DNA of 64,000 nt from Chitinophagaceae bacterium (GCA_025934485.1 JAICXX010000013.1:1234-65233); one strand, 5' to 3'; positions 27,693-35,974 are shown, counted from the first letter of the stretch. Program-made: numbers and translations. The notes: generated from the sequence alone by a model not told the origin.

Positions 27693-28025
27693 ATGGAAAC
27701 CGAATCTTTATATCCAATAGCAACCAAAGAATTGGCTGATAAAAAGAATTCTTTGGCACCTAAGAATGTAGAAGCATGGCGAAATTTCAGTAAAACGGTA
27801 TTTGAGGCGGGTGCGCTTCCTGAAAAGACAAAGCAATTGATCGCAGTGGCCGTAGCGCATGTAACGCAATGTCCTTATTGTATCCGGTCGCATACTAAAT
27901 CTGCTATGCGAAAAGGAGCGAGCAAAGAGGAAATTATGGAAGCCATTTGGGTTGCGTCTGAAATGCGTGCCGGCGCCGCTTATGCTCATGCATCCATTGC
28001 CCTGGATGAAATGGAGAAACACTGA
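27693..28025 (+). CDS. carboxymuconolactone decarboxylase-family (AhpD-like) protein
   Basis: 110 aa with the CxxC motif in HVTQCPYCIRSH. Confidence 0.85.
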   Translation: METESLYPIATKELADKKNSLAPKNVEAWRNFSKTVFEAGALPEKTKQLIAVAVAHVTQCPYCIRSHTKSAMRKGASKEEIMEAIWVASEMRAGAAYAHASIALDEMEKH

Positions 28026-28180
28026 AATCTAAATTTGGCGATAAATGGTTGACTTAACCATGTCGATTATTGCATTGCAACGCACCGATCTTTAAAAAGC
28101 GGCTTGCTTATTCTTTAATAAAAGATAAAAGCCTCTTTTATATGAAGAATCATTCGTATCTTCATAGCCTAAAACAATGT

Positions 28181-28612
28181 ATGTTTTCAAAAGCATGTGA
28201 ATATGCGATTCGGGCCCTGATTTTTATTGCTCAAAAGACAGAGCATGGAGGTAAAGTCGGGATTAAAGAGATCTCCAAAGGCATTGCCTCCCCTGAACAT
28301 TTTATAGCGAAGATTCTTCAGGACCTTGGTCGAAAGGGCCTGGTTGAATCGGCAAAAGGCCCACATGGTGGTTTTTTTCTCGGGGAAAATGCAAGAAGGC
28401 ACACATTGGCAGATATTGTAAATGCTGTTGATGGAGACTTGCTTTTCACCGGATGTGGATTGGGATTGAAAAGTTGTTCCGAAAAGAAGCCTTGCCCGCT
28501 CCATGATGAATTTAAAGCTATCCGGAAACAAATGCACGACATGTTGCGATCGGATTCGGTCGGAGAGTTTAATGAGGAGTTGGCCCTGGGTATTAAACAT
28601 TTAAAACGGTAA
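28181..28612 (+). CDS. Rrf2-family transcriptional regulator with a three-Cys cluster
   Basis: The start is at MFSKACEYAIRALIFIA (ATG 28181), which is the wHTH. The stretch GCGLGLKSCSEKKPCPLH gives C-x6-C-x5-C, the Fe-S-binding pattern of IscR/NsrR-type members. Confidence 0.85.
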   Translation: MFSKACEYAIRALIFIAQKTEHGGKVGIKEISKGIASPEHFIAKILQDLGRKGLVESAKGPHGGFFLGENARRHTLADIVNAVDGDLLFTGCGLGLKSCSEKKPCPLHDEFKAIRKQMHDMLRSDSVGEFNEELALGIKHLKR

Positions 28613-28632
28613 TATTTTTTTCGAATATTACC
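28608..28632 (+). terminator. hairpin overlapping the Rrf2 stop (GGTAATATT-7nt-AATATTACC)
   Basis: 9-bp perfect stem, but with no following T tract, so the terminator function is uncertain. Confidence 0.35.
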
Positions 28633-28758
28633 GGATAAAAAGACCTTATTATATTCTATTCGTTATCCGGAGAGCAAATCGTATCCTCATGCGCAGCAAC
28701 CGTCATCTTCCTGCTCTATCTATGGTAACCAATTTATTAACAATTAATAACCATTTGT

Positions 28759-29301
28759 ATGAAATTACTCATGAATTGCAAAGTCCTGATCGCGAGTGTA
28801 ATTGCGTGTTCATTTATGTTTTCAGTACCCGTGTTTGCCCAGGTTAACAAACTTTCAGACGCAGAAATAGCTTCTGTAGCAGTAGTGGCTAATCAGATAG
28901 ATATAAATTATGCTGCGATTGCAAAAATGAAATCGAAGAATTCAGACATTTTGAGGTTTGCCGAAACAATGGCCAGTGATCATAAAGCTGTGATTGACCA
29001 GGCAGTAGCGCTCGTCAAGAAATTAGGAGTTACTCCGAAGGACAATGCTGTAAGTAGGAAATTGATGTCTGAGTCAGAAAAGACGAAGAGAATGTTGCGA
29101 TCAAAATCCGGTATGGCTTTCAACAAAGCATACATCGATAATGAAGTTGCTTATCACAAGGCAGTAATTTCTACTGTAGAGGGTCTTTTAATTCCACAAG
29201 CTAACAACAGGGAATTGAAAGATTTACTTCAGAATGTTGTTCCTACCCTAAGGACGCACCTTGAACATGCCATTATGGTGCAAAATGAAATATCTAAATA
29301 A
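28759..29301 (+). CDS. DUF4142-family (ferritin-like fold) secreted protein
   Basis: Signal peptide, then DAEIASVAVVANQIDINYAAIAKMKSKNSDILRFAETMASDHKAV, which is typical of DUF4142. Confidence 0.7.
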   Translation: MKLLMNCKVLIASVIACSFMFSVPVFAQVNKLSDAEIASVAVVANQIDINYAAIAKMKSKNSDILRFAETMASDHKAVIDQAVALVKKLGVTPKDNAVSRKLMSESEKTKRMLRSKSGMAFNKAYIDNEVAYHKAVISTVEGLLIPQANNRELKDLLQNVVPTLRTHLEHAIMVQNEISK

Positions 29302-29309
29302 ATGAGAAA

Positions 29310-29648
29310 ATGAAATCATATTGTTTAGGCCCATTGTGCATCTGCTTTTGTGTCATTTTTATCCTGAATAGCTGCTCAACTGCGACTCCAAAAAAAGTGC
29401 ATAATGTTTATACGGTTGAAATCAAGCAAATGAAATTTCAACCAGCAGAGCTTGTGGTACAAAAAGGAGATACAATAGTTTGGATAAATCGGGATCTCGT
29501 GGCACACGACGTAACCGAAGTGCCGGATAAAACCTGGACTTCATCTCCGATACCTCCCGGTAAATCCTGGAGTTTAGTCGTTTCACAGAGTGCTGACTAT
29601 TATTGCAGCATTCACGTAGTAATGAAAGGTAAAATATTGATGCGATAG
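29310..29648 (+). CDS. cupredoxin (plastocyanin/amicyanin-like) copper protein
   Basis: Lipoprotein-like signal (ILNSCS). The stretches FQPAELVVQKGDTIVWINRDLVAHDV and YYCSIHVVMKG supply the His...Cys-x2-His-x2-Met type 1 Cu ligands. Confidence 0.75.
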   Translation: MKSYCLGPLCICFCVIFILNSCSTATPKKVHNVYTVEIKQMKFQPAELVVQKGDTIVWINRDLVAHDVTEVPDKTWTSSPIPPGKSWSLVVSQSADYYCSIHVVMKGKILMR

Positions 29649-29790
29649 CCGAATTTGTCAGCAGTAGACAGTTTGGTAGGAAAGGCAGTGAAGTGTATTT
29701 CCCGCCCTTGGATCAGGCATGTCCCGGAGAGGTAGAATTAACCGTTACCGGTCGGGAAAGCACCACATAAACAAGTACAAATTGAAAAAA

Positions 29791-30780
29791 ATGAAAAACA
29801 TTGCCATAAACGGATTCGGAAGAATTGGAAGAGCTGCCTTGAAAATAATGATGAATCTTCCTGAATTGGAAGTGGTAGCCATCAATGACATCATGGGCAT
29901 TGACAATGCCGCCTATTTGCTGCGGTATGATAGCATTTATGGCCAATATGAAAGCGATGTAGATACAGAAGGTGACTATTTACTCATAAGTGGAAAAAGA
30001 ATTAGGTATTTATCTGAAAAAGACCCGGCAAAGCTCCCCTGGAAGGACCTGGATGTAGACATTGTAATAGAAAGTACAGGCGTATTCACTAATAGGGAAG
30101 AGGCCGAAAAGCATCTCCTCGCAGGAGCAAAAACCGTTGTGCTATCCGGTCCAACCAAAAGCAAAAATACACCGACTGTCATACATGGGGTAAATACCGG
30201 GGATGGAAAAGTATCCATATTCTCATGTGCTAGCTGTACAACAAACAATATCGGGCCGATCATGGAAATTATCGACAGGCGGATTGGCATAAAAAAGGCC
30301 ATTTTAAATACCGTTCATGCCTATACCGCCTCCCAATCCCTTCTTGATGCTCCATCCAAAAGAGACCTGCGAATGGGGCGTGCCGCAGCAATGAACCTCG
30401 TACCCTCGTCGACTGGCGCGGCCCTTGCTACAACGAAAGCTCTCCCCGGATTGGAAGGTAAATTTGATGGGGTATCCATACGCACTCCGGTGGCCGTAGG
30501 TTCTATTTCAGATATTACGCTTGTGGCTGCAAGAGCCACTTCGGCAAAGGAAATTAATAGTATCCTCAGTGAAGAGGCAAATACGGAGCGATACAGGTTG
30601 GTAATAACAGCTTCTGACAAGCCCCTGGTCTCCTCGGATATTGTCCAAAGCCCCTTTGCAGCAATAATTGATCTGCAAATGACCAGGGTCGTGGAAAATG
30701 ATCTGGTGAAAATAATGGCATGGTATGATAACGAATGGGGATTTACCAATCAAATGATTCGTCAGATCCTGGAGCTGTAA
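29791..30780 (+). CDS. gap: glyceraldehyde-3-phosphate dehydrogenase (divergent type I)
   Basis: NGFGRIGR Rossmann motif, catalytic SCASCTTN, and WYDNEWGF near the C-terminus. The start is at ATG 29791. Confidence 0.9.
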   Translation: MKNIAINGFGRIGRAALKIMMNLPELEVVAINDIMGIDNAAYLLRYDSIYGQYESDVDTEGDYLLISGKRIRYLSEKDPAKLPWKDLDVDIVIESTGVFTNREEAEKHLLAGAKTVVLSGPTKSKNTPTVIHGVNTGDGKVSIFSCASCTTNNIGPIMEIIDRRIGIKKAILNTVHAYTASQSLLDAPSKRDLRMGRAAAMNLVPSSTGAALATTKALPGLEGKFDGVSIRTPVAVGSISDITLVAARATSAKEINSILSEEANTERYRLVITASDKPLVSSDIVQSPFAAIIDLQMTRVVENDLVKIMAWYDNEWGFTNQMIRQILEL

Positions 30781-30802
30781 AGTTTACCTCCATCTTCTAA
30801 AA

Positions 30803-31168
30803 TTAGTATAGTAGCGGAATCCCATAAAAAAGCATGAGCAAAATGTCCAAGACAATACCCGCCATCATTACACCCAATACCCAGCGCATTGGAAGCTGTG
30901 CAAATGCGAAGCTGTTGGCCATAAAAGCGAATAATACACCAACAGAATAGACAAACGGGGAAGCGCCTGCGAGGCCAAGAACTCCCATCATGGCACCGGC
31001 AAAAGTCACCTGTATAAATATACCTGCGCCGGAAATCCCCAAACGATTGTATTTCCAGCCGGGCTCCTGTGCTTTTATCCATCCTTTGATATGTACGATT
31101 ACTCCTGATCTATTATGATAAAAATGCCTTTTTGAGAAATGGTGCGTATCTAACGTTGTTGTTTTCAT
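30803..31168 (-). CDS. hypothetical small membrane protein (121 aa)
   Basis: Three hydrophobic segments (…GAGIFIQVTFAGAMMGVLGLAG…VGVLFAFMANSFAF…VLGVMMAGIVLDILLMLF). It is convergent with gap. Confidence 0.5.
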   Translation of the reverse strand: MKTTTLDTHHFSKRHFYHNRSGVIVHIKGWIKAQEPGWKYNRLGISGAGIFIQVTFAGAMMGVLGLAGASPFVYSVGVLFAFMANSFAFAQLPMRWVLGVMMAGIVLDILLMLFYGIPLLY

Positions 31169-31695
31169 AATCGAAGAGTTTCTGATATACAAAGTTACCA
31201 ACCACCAGTATCCTCATTTTGCAAGAGCCTGGCGGCAACGGGCTAAGAGATTTTTGGACCTTGTTTGAGCAAAATGTTGATGCTATGGAAGACTATTTCC
31301 AAAAACATATAGTGCCTTTCTCAAAAGGACTGCCCTATCTGGTGCAATGGAACATGCCTGGAGCAGTTAGACCTCCAGCCGGCCGCTAGTCGGGCAAGAA
31401 AACGTGACAATTACGAGCCAAAGGGGCAATGTTTTAAAGAACTTCATCTCTAATCGAAACGACGGCGAATATCGACCGATTGCGGGATCCCATGCTGTCC
31501 AAGCCGCGTCGGACATCGCCAGAAAAGGGGCTACTTTTTGGCGTCAAAAGGTTCGAAAGATTTGAACACGCCAGTAAAGAATCTTAACTTAGACATGATA
31601 ACGCCTGCCACAAAGGCGAGAAAAAGGAGCTCTTTCTTTTATCGGAAAATGACATGCAGCGGATACGGGGAGCGAATTTCGATTACCCGTCCGCG

Positions 31696-31719
31696 TGTTA
31701 GTCAAAATGTTAGTCAAAT
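31696..31719. repeat. tandem 12-nt direct repeat TGTTAGTCAAAA / TGTTAGTCAAAT
   Basis: Read directly from the sequence. It lies in non-coding DNA 127 nt from the 3' end of the tRNA-Arg. Confidence 0.8.
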
Positions 31720-31797
31720 CGGAAATTTTGCGTTTTCGATCCGGTCTGTACGCCGGCGAAAAAAGCACCCGGATGCACTCGGTTCCGGGCAAAGAAA

Positions 31798-31826
31798 AAG
31801 GGTTGGCTATCTTTTAACCAACCCTT
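31798..31826 (-). terminator. rho-independent-type terminator of the tRNA-Arg
   Basis: On the minus strand: AAGGGTTGG-11nt-CCAACCCTT (9-bp perfect stem) followed by TTTTCTTTG. Confidence 0.55.
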
Positions 31827-31845
31827 CCAACGTGCTGACATTTAG

Positions 31846-31919
31846 TGACTCCGTCAGGATTCAAACCTGAAACCTTCTGATCCGTAGTCAGATGCTCTAT
31901 TCAATTGAGCTACGGAGCC
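31846..31919 (-). tRNA. tRNA-Arg (anticodon ACG), 74 nt, CCA not encoded
   Basis: Manual cloverleaf: GGCTCCG TA GCTC AATTGAATA GAGC A TCTGA CTACGGA TCAGA AGGTT TCAGG TTTGAAT CCTGA CGGAGTC A. There is a G2-U71 wobble. The D loop has G18 A19 and the T loop reads TTT, so the usual G19-C56 pair becomes A19-U56. Confidence 0.85.
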
Positions 31920-31962
31920 ATCAGACTAAACAAGGAGTTGTGGCCCACTTGTTTAGGGGTTG

Positions 31963-31970
31963 CAAATATA
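31963..31970 (-). promoter_or_regulatory. Bacteroidota -7 box TATATTTG (TAnnTTTG) upstream of the tRNA-Arg
   Basis: Exact match to the TAnnTTTG consensus, 43 nt upstream of the mature 5' end. No good -33 TTTG sits at the expected spacing. Confidence 0.35.
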
Positions 31971-32125
31971 GAACAAAATTTCCGATAGGAAAAAATATTT
32001 AACTTGGGATATGTCCTTTCTACGATCTTTCTCGATCAACACCGATGATCCTGAAAATTATCTCCGGCACTTGCGGTGAGGTGACGGCGATGAGATGAGC
32101 GGCGGGCGTCCCCGGCAGCCAAAAG

Positions 32126-32899
32126 CTATTCGTAGATCTTCATAGCCGTGCGTTCGACCAAAGATTTGGGAAGGAGCCAGGCCATGGCAGCACCTAGTTT
32201 ATTGATAAAACCGGTGATGACCTCGGTTTTGCCCGCCAGCATGCCTTTGACGGCGAGTGCAGCAACGGTTTCGGGCGTCATGTTGACCTTCTCCGCAGCT
32301 TTCATGCCTTTTTCGCCCAGCTGGGCACGGTTGGGGAAATCGGTGTCGGTGGCGCCGGGACTGACGCAGGTCACGGAGACGGTGCTTTTGTGCAGCTCCT
32401 GGTGCAGCCCGCGGCTAAAGGCCAGTACGAACGCTTTGGTGGCGGCATAGAGCGAAAGATTGGGAACGGCCTGGTAGGCGGCAGAGCTGGCGATATTGAG
32501 GATATAGGCCTTGGGACGCTGGTGCAGGCCGGGGAGGAAGAGCCGCGTTATGCCCACAAGCGTAGACATGTTGAGCTGCATCATATTGAGGTGTTCCTGC
32601 AGGCTGTATTTTTCGAAGGGGCCGCTGAGACCGTAACCGGCGTTGTTGACCAGGATGCTGACGGCATAGCCTTTGGCATGGCACCAGTCGTAAACATTTT
32701 GCGGCGCGTGGGGCGATGAAAGATCGAGTGCGAGATAGCCGACACTGATCTTCCCCCGCGAGGTGAGTTCTGCGGCCAATTGTTGCAGGAGGTCTTCGGA
32801 GCGGGCGATGAGCAGAAGATTATAGCCGCGGGATGCCAGTTCCCGGGCGATGGCCCGGCCGATACCTTTGCTGGCCCCGGTGATCAGTGCGTATTCCAT
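32126..32899 (-). CDS. SDR-family oxidoreductase
   Basis: TGASKGIGRAIA and the catalytic YAATK are present. The start is at ATG 32899 (MEYALITG). Confidence 0.9.
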   Translation of the reverse strand: MEYALITGASKGIGRAIARELASRGYNLLLIARSEDLLQQLAAELTSRGKISVGYLALDLSSPHAPQNVYDWCHAKGYAVSILVNNAGYGLSGPFEKYSLQEHLNMMQLNMSTLVGITRLFLPGLHQRPKAYILNIASSAAYQAVPNLSLYAATKAFVLAFSRGLHQELHKSTVSVTCVSPGATDTDFPNRAQLGEKGMKAAEKVNMTPETVAALAVKGMLAGKTEVITGFINKLGAAMAWLLPKSLVERTAMKIYE

Positions 32900-32971
32900 G
32901 GTGTAAAGATAATAAAGCGAAAGCGACCGGCCCAAGGGGCCGGCCGCAACATTGTCAGTGGAGTCAGTATT

Positions 32972-33787
32972 TTAATTTTGCACTTTCGAGGCGAGGCGGT
33001 GATAGAACGGCGTCTTGCTGTTCGCGTCTTTGGGCATATATTTCCCGGTCACCACAGGGATATACATCACACGGCGGCGGCTGGCTTCTCCATACAGCGG
33101 AGACATTGCAGCGCGGTGCCAGATACGGCCGTCATGCACGGTGAGATCCCCGGCCTCGATATCGAAGCCGATCTCGCGGCGGTCGGGGTTGTTATCGATG
33201 AAATACTTTTTACCGAACAATAAGCGCAGTACACCCTGCTTGTGTGTGCCGGGCAATACCCGAAGACCACCGTTGTCGAATGGGGTAGCGTCGAGATGGA
33301 TGCCTACATTGAGCATCGGCATGATCTTCTGACCCAGGAAAAGATCACGGGGACTATCGGTGTGCCAACCCATCTGGGTGAAATTGCTCTCGGGCATGCG
33401 TACGTAGTGATTGAGGATCAGGCCATCCTTTTCGTTCTCGGCGATGCGGCCTTCATAAGGTTGAAGCAGATCGACAACCGCCCTGACACGCGGATCCTGC
33501 AGCATTTCGTGCAGTGGCTTGCTGTGCAATGAAAGAAAACACATCCGCTGGATCATCTTGTTGCCCTTCTCATCCTTTCCAAATTTCAACGGGATGCCAT
33601 TGACTTTCTCAATGCCCTCATCCAGCCACTTCTTCTCGATCCTGTTAAGCTCTTGTATGAATAATTGAACGGTCGCCGAATCCAAAAAATTCTTGAATAT
33701 GATCACGCCATACTTATCGAAAAAGCTAAACTGTTCTTCCGTTATCTTATCTCCCAGTACAAAATCGGGGACTTCGAATTTTTTCAT
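32972..33787 (-). CDS. phytanoyl-CoA dioxygenase (PhyH)-family Fe(II)/2OG oxygenase
   Basis: 271 aa. WHTDSP and LRVLPGTHKQG (HxD...H facial-triad context) are typical of PhyH. Confidence 0.75.
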   Translation of the reverse strand: MKKFEVPDFVLGDKITEEQFSFFDKYGVIIFKNFLDSATVQLFIQELNRIEKKWLDEGIEKVNGIPLKFGKDEKGNKMIQRMCFLSLHSKPLHEMLQDPRVRAVVDLLQPYEGRIAENEKDGLILNHYVRMPESNFTQMGWHTDSPRDLFLGQKIMPMLNVGIHLDATPFDNGGLRVLPGTHKQGVLRLLFGKKYFIDNNPDRREIGFDIEAGDLTVHDGRIWHRAAMSPLYGEASRRRVMYIPVVTGKYMPKDANSKTPFYHRLASKVQN

Positions 33788-33972
33788 AAATGCTAGCTTT
33801 ATTTAAGAAAAGGAAGGGTCATCCCTTTCCGCTTCAGAGCTTGAAATATTAGGGTTAATTGAATTTTAACAAATTGTGAATTCTTCATTAAACATCAAAT
33901 GTAAGAAAATTAGATTTTCCTTGTTAATTTGCCAACCTTTTATCGACAAATACAAATAAATATACTACACCA

Positions 33973-35127
33973 TTGCCCATCACTTCGTTCAGGAAAGCAA
34001 TATTTATCTATTTTCTTGGGCTTTGTGGCACTTTTACGATACCCATAGCCGGGAAAGCCCAGAGCGACAGCCTTAAAACGGTACCCGTCGAAAAACTAAA
34101 GCTGCCCATCCGGAGCCCGGCAAATATACGGCATGTTCTCGTACTCCCAATCATCGCCCGGTCGATCGAAACCGGTTGGTCCTTCGGGTTGGCCAGCGCT
34201 TCCACTTTCCACCTGTACAAGGAAGATTCCACCGTACGAACCTCTAACGCTCAGGCAATAGCGCTTTATACCACCCGCAGGCAGTTTGTGACCGCTTTAA
34301 ATGGTTCCATCTATTTCCCGGGGGAACGATGGATCATCAATGAACAGTTCTCCTACAGCTCATTCCCCGATGATTTCTGGGGTTTGGGTAAACGGGCGCC
34401 CGGCGGCAACGAGGAATCTTATAAATTTAAGCAGTATTACATCTACCTGCATCCGCAGCTCAAGATCGGCCAGCATCTCTTTTTGGGCACCGTTTTCGAG
34501 TTCCAGCATGTCTTCGACATCGAATATCCTGCGGGCGGGCTTTTCGACCAGGAGAATGTCCTTGGGCGTGATGGATATCATATCGCGGGTCTGGGGCTGA
34601 GCCTGACCTACGATACCCGGAACAACGCTTTCTGGCCGGACCAAGGCGGAATGTACCAGTTTTGGTTCGACCATTTTGCCCCGTACTTAGGGTCTGATTA
34701 TCAATACACTAACTTTGTCGTCGATCTCCGTAGGTTTATCCGGGTCTTTAAACAGCAGATCCTGGCGCTGCAGGCTTATGGAACCTTTAATGCGGGGGAG
34801 GTTCCCCTGCGGAGTCTGGCTTTTTTAGGTGGGGCCAACAGCATGCGGGGCTACTACGCGGGGCGTTACCGGGACAAGGATGCCGGCATCCTGCAAGCGG
34901 AATATCGTATCCCGCTCTGGGGGCGTATTGGGGCGGTAGGCTTTGCCGATATAGGCAATGTGGGCTCCGAGCTAAAGGAGGTGAATCTGGTGCACTTTAA
35001 ATATTCTTATGGCGGCGGGCTCCGCATTGGCCTCAATCAAGCCGAAAAGCTGAACCTCCGGCTCGACTACGGCCTGGCCAAAGGTCACTCGCAGGGCTTT
35101 TATCTTCAATTAGGGGAAGCATTCTAA
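33973..35127 (+). CDS. Omp85/BamA-family outer-membrane beta-barrel (surface antigen D15 domain only)
   Basis: Signal peptide, alternating beta-strand pattern, GGANSMRGY motif and C-terminal ...YLQLGEAF. Non-ATG start. Confidence 0.7.
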   Translation: MPITSFRKAIFIYFLGLCGTFTIPIAGKAQSDSLKTVPVEKLKLPIRSPANIRHVLVLPIIARSIETGWSFGLASASTFHLYKEDSTVRTSNAQAIALYTTRRQFVTALNGSIYFPGERWIINEQFSYSSFPDDFWGLGKRAPGGNEESYKFKQYYIYLHPQLKIGQHLFLGTVFEFQHVFDIEYPAGGLFDQENVLGRDGYHIAGLGLSLTYDTRNNAFWPDQGGMYQFWFDHFAPYLGSDYQYTNFVVDLRRFIRVFKQQILALQAYGTFNAGEVPLRSLAFLGGANSMRGYYAGRYRDKDAGILQAEYRIPLWGRIGAVGFADIGNVGSELKEVNLVHFKYSYGGGLRIGLNQAEKLNLRLDYGLAKGHSQGFYLQLGEAF

Positions 35128-35159
35128 TGGGCCCGGGATCGGCCGCTTTGGACGATGGC

Positions 35160-35828
35160 TCAACGCAGGATCCATCGCATGGCGATCTGGTAGGAGAGCC
35201 ACGCAAAAATAAATCCCCCCAGGATATCCAGCGAATAATGCACATGCTGTACAAGGAGCAGAATGGCGACAGCGAACGTGGCTACCAGCGCCAGCTTTTT
35301 GTCCGACCGGCCGGGTATGGTGAGATAAAGCAGAAAGATGGTAGAGGTATGTCCCGAAAAGAACAGATCCTTGGTGATGAACTTGTCGCCATAGAAGAAA
35401 TTGCTCAGCGGGTCTTGCAGGGGGATCAACCCGGCCGGGGGGTCCAGCGGGATCAGGGTGATCGTCAGCGTACGGAACACCGAAAGCAGGATATAGGACC
35501 ATAGAAAGTTGAGGAACATCTGCGGTGTCTGTGTGGCACGGTATAGGGAATAGCCGGAGATCGTCCAGATAATGATGAACAGCGGCACAGAGACGTTGTG
35601 CGGCATGAACCAATCCAATACGGGGTCGTTGAGCTGGACCCCCTGGCGCACCTCGATGTGCTGAAAGAACACAGGGAAGCTGCTCAGGATAGCGATGATG
35701 ATGACAAGACCTGCAATTACCCGGCGACGAAAGGAAGGCGCCTGCCAGGCTCCCTGCCATTCCTGTCTGACGGATATGAATGTACTCTGCGGCATAGAGA
35801 ATCCACAAAAGTACATTCTATCCATCAA
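35160..35828 (-). CDS. PAP2-superfamily (sphingomyelin-synthase-like PAP2_C) membrane protein
   Basis: Multi-TM protein with FFSGHTST and HYSLDILGG motifs. The overlapping 232-aa ORF in another frame is Arg/Pro/His-rich and is rejected. Confidence 0.7.
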   Translation of the reverse strand: MMDRMYFCGFSMPQSTFISVRQEWQGAWQAPSFRRRVIAGLVIIIAILSSFPVFFQHIEVRQGVQLNDPVLDWFMPHNVSVPLFIIIWTISGYSLYRATQTPQMFLNFLWSYILLSVFRTLTITLIPLDPPAGLIPLQDPLSNFFYGDKFITKDLFFSGHTSTIFLLYLTIPGRSDKKLALVATFAVAILLLVQHVHYSLDILGGFIFAWLSYQIAMRWILR

Positions 35829-35953
35829 TTAACATAAACTTAATAGGTGGCCGATTAAATCCTCGGTCGCGATTTAACCAGAACAGTCGCTGCCCGGCTT
35901 CGAACGCCTGCGGCGTTCTCTACAGGGCTAATGTCGGTGTCGCGTTGCGACGC

Positions 35954-35974
35954 AAAACGGCCTCCGGCCGTTTT
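35954..35974 (-). terminator. hairpin AAAACGGCC-GGA-GGCCGTTTT at the nagB stop
   Basis: 9-bp perfect stem overlapping the TAA stop of nagB. A second small palindrome, GTCGC-GTT-GCGAC, follows it. Confidence 0.45.

Larger units (their letters stand above)
16000..31400. other. low-GC, compositionally foreign block (putative old genomic island); borders approximate
   Basis: Hand GC counts on 60-nt lines inside the block: 16501 = 35%, 19381 = 32%, 22021 = 48%, 26401 = 45%. Outside the block: 9301 = 57%, 45301 = 57%, 55201 = 70%. The block is rich in gene remnants and ends about 0.45 kb from a tRNA-Arg. Confidence 0.6.

Noticed and set aside
16000-31400. Alternative genetic code (TGA as a sense codon) in the island, prompted by the in-frame TGA at 16785 and the stop at 18186
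   Set aside because: Several well-defined island genes (tal, FNR-like reductase, acnA, CMD, the 372-aa ORF) terminate at TGA at the expected protein ends, so TGA is a normal stop here.
31538-31870. 110-aa plus-strand ORF
   Set aside because: It runs through the tRNA terminator and into the tRNA-Arg gene. Its composition is basic and low-complexity.
16000-31919. Calling the low-GC block an integrative element inserted in the tRNA-Arg
   Set aside because: I found no integrase, excisionase, transposase, conjugation or phage gene in any frame. I found no duplicate of the tRNA 3' half at the other border. The tRNA's own terminator is intact, and the GC drop ends about 0.45 kb before the tRNA. 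It is therefore reported only as a compositional island.
35110-35808. 232-aa minus-strand ORF overlapping the PAP2 gene in another frame
   Set aside because: It is His/Pro/Arg/Ala-rich and lacks TM segments or motifs. The 35160-35828 frame carries the PAP2 motifs SGHTS and HYSLD.
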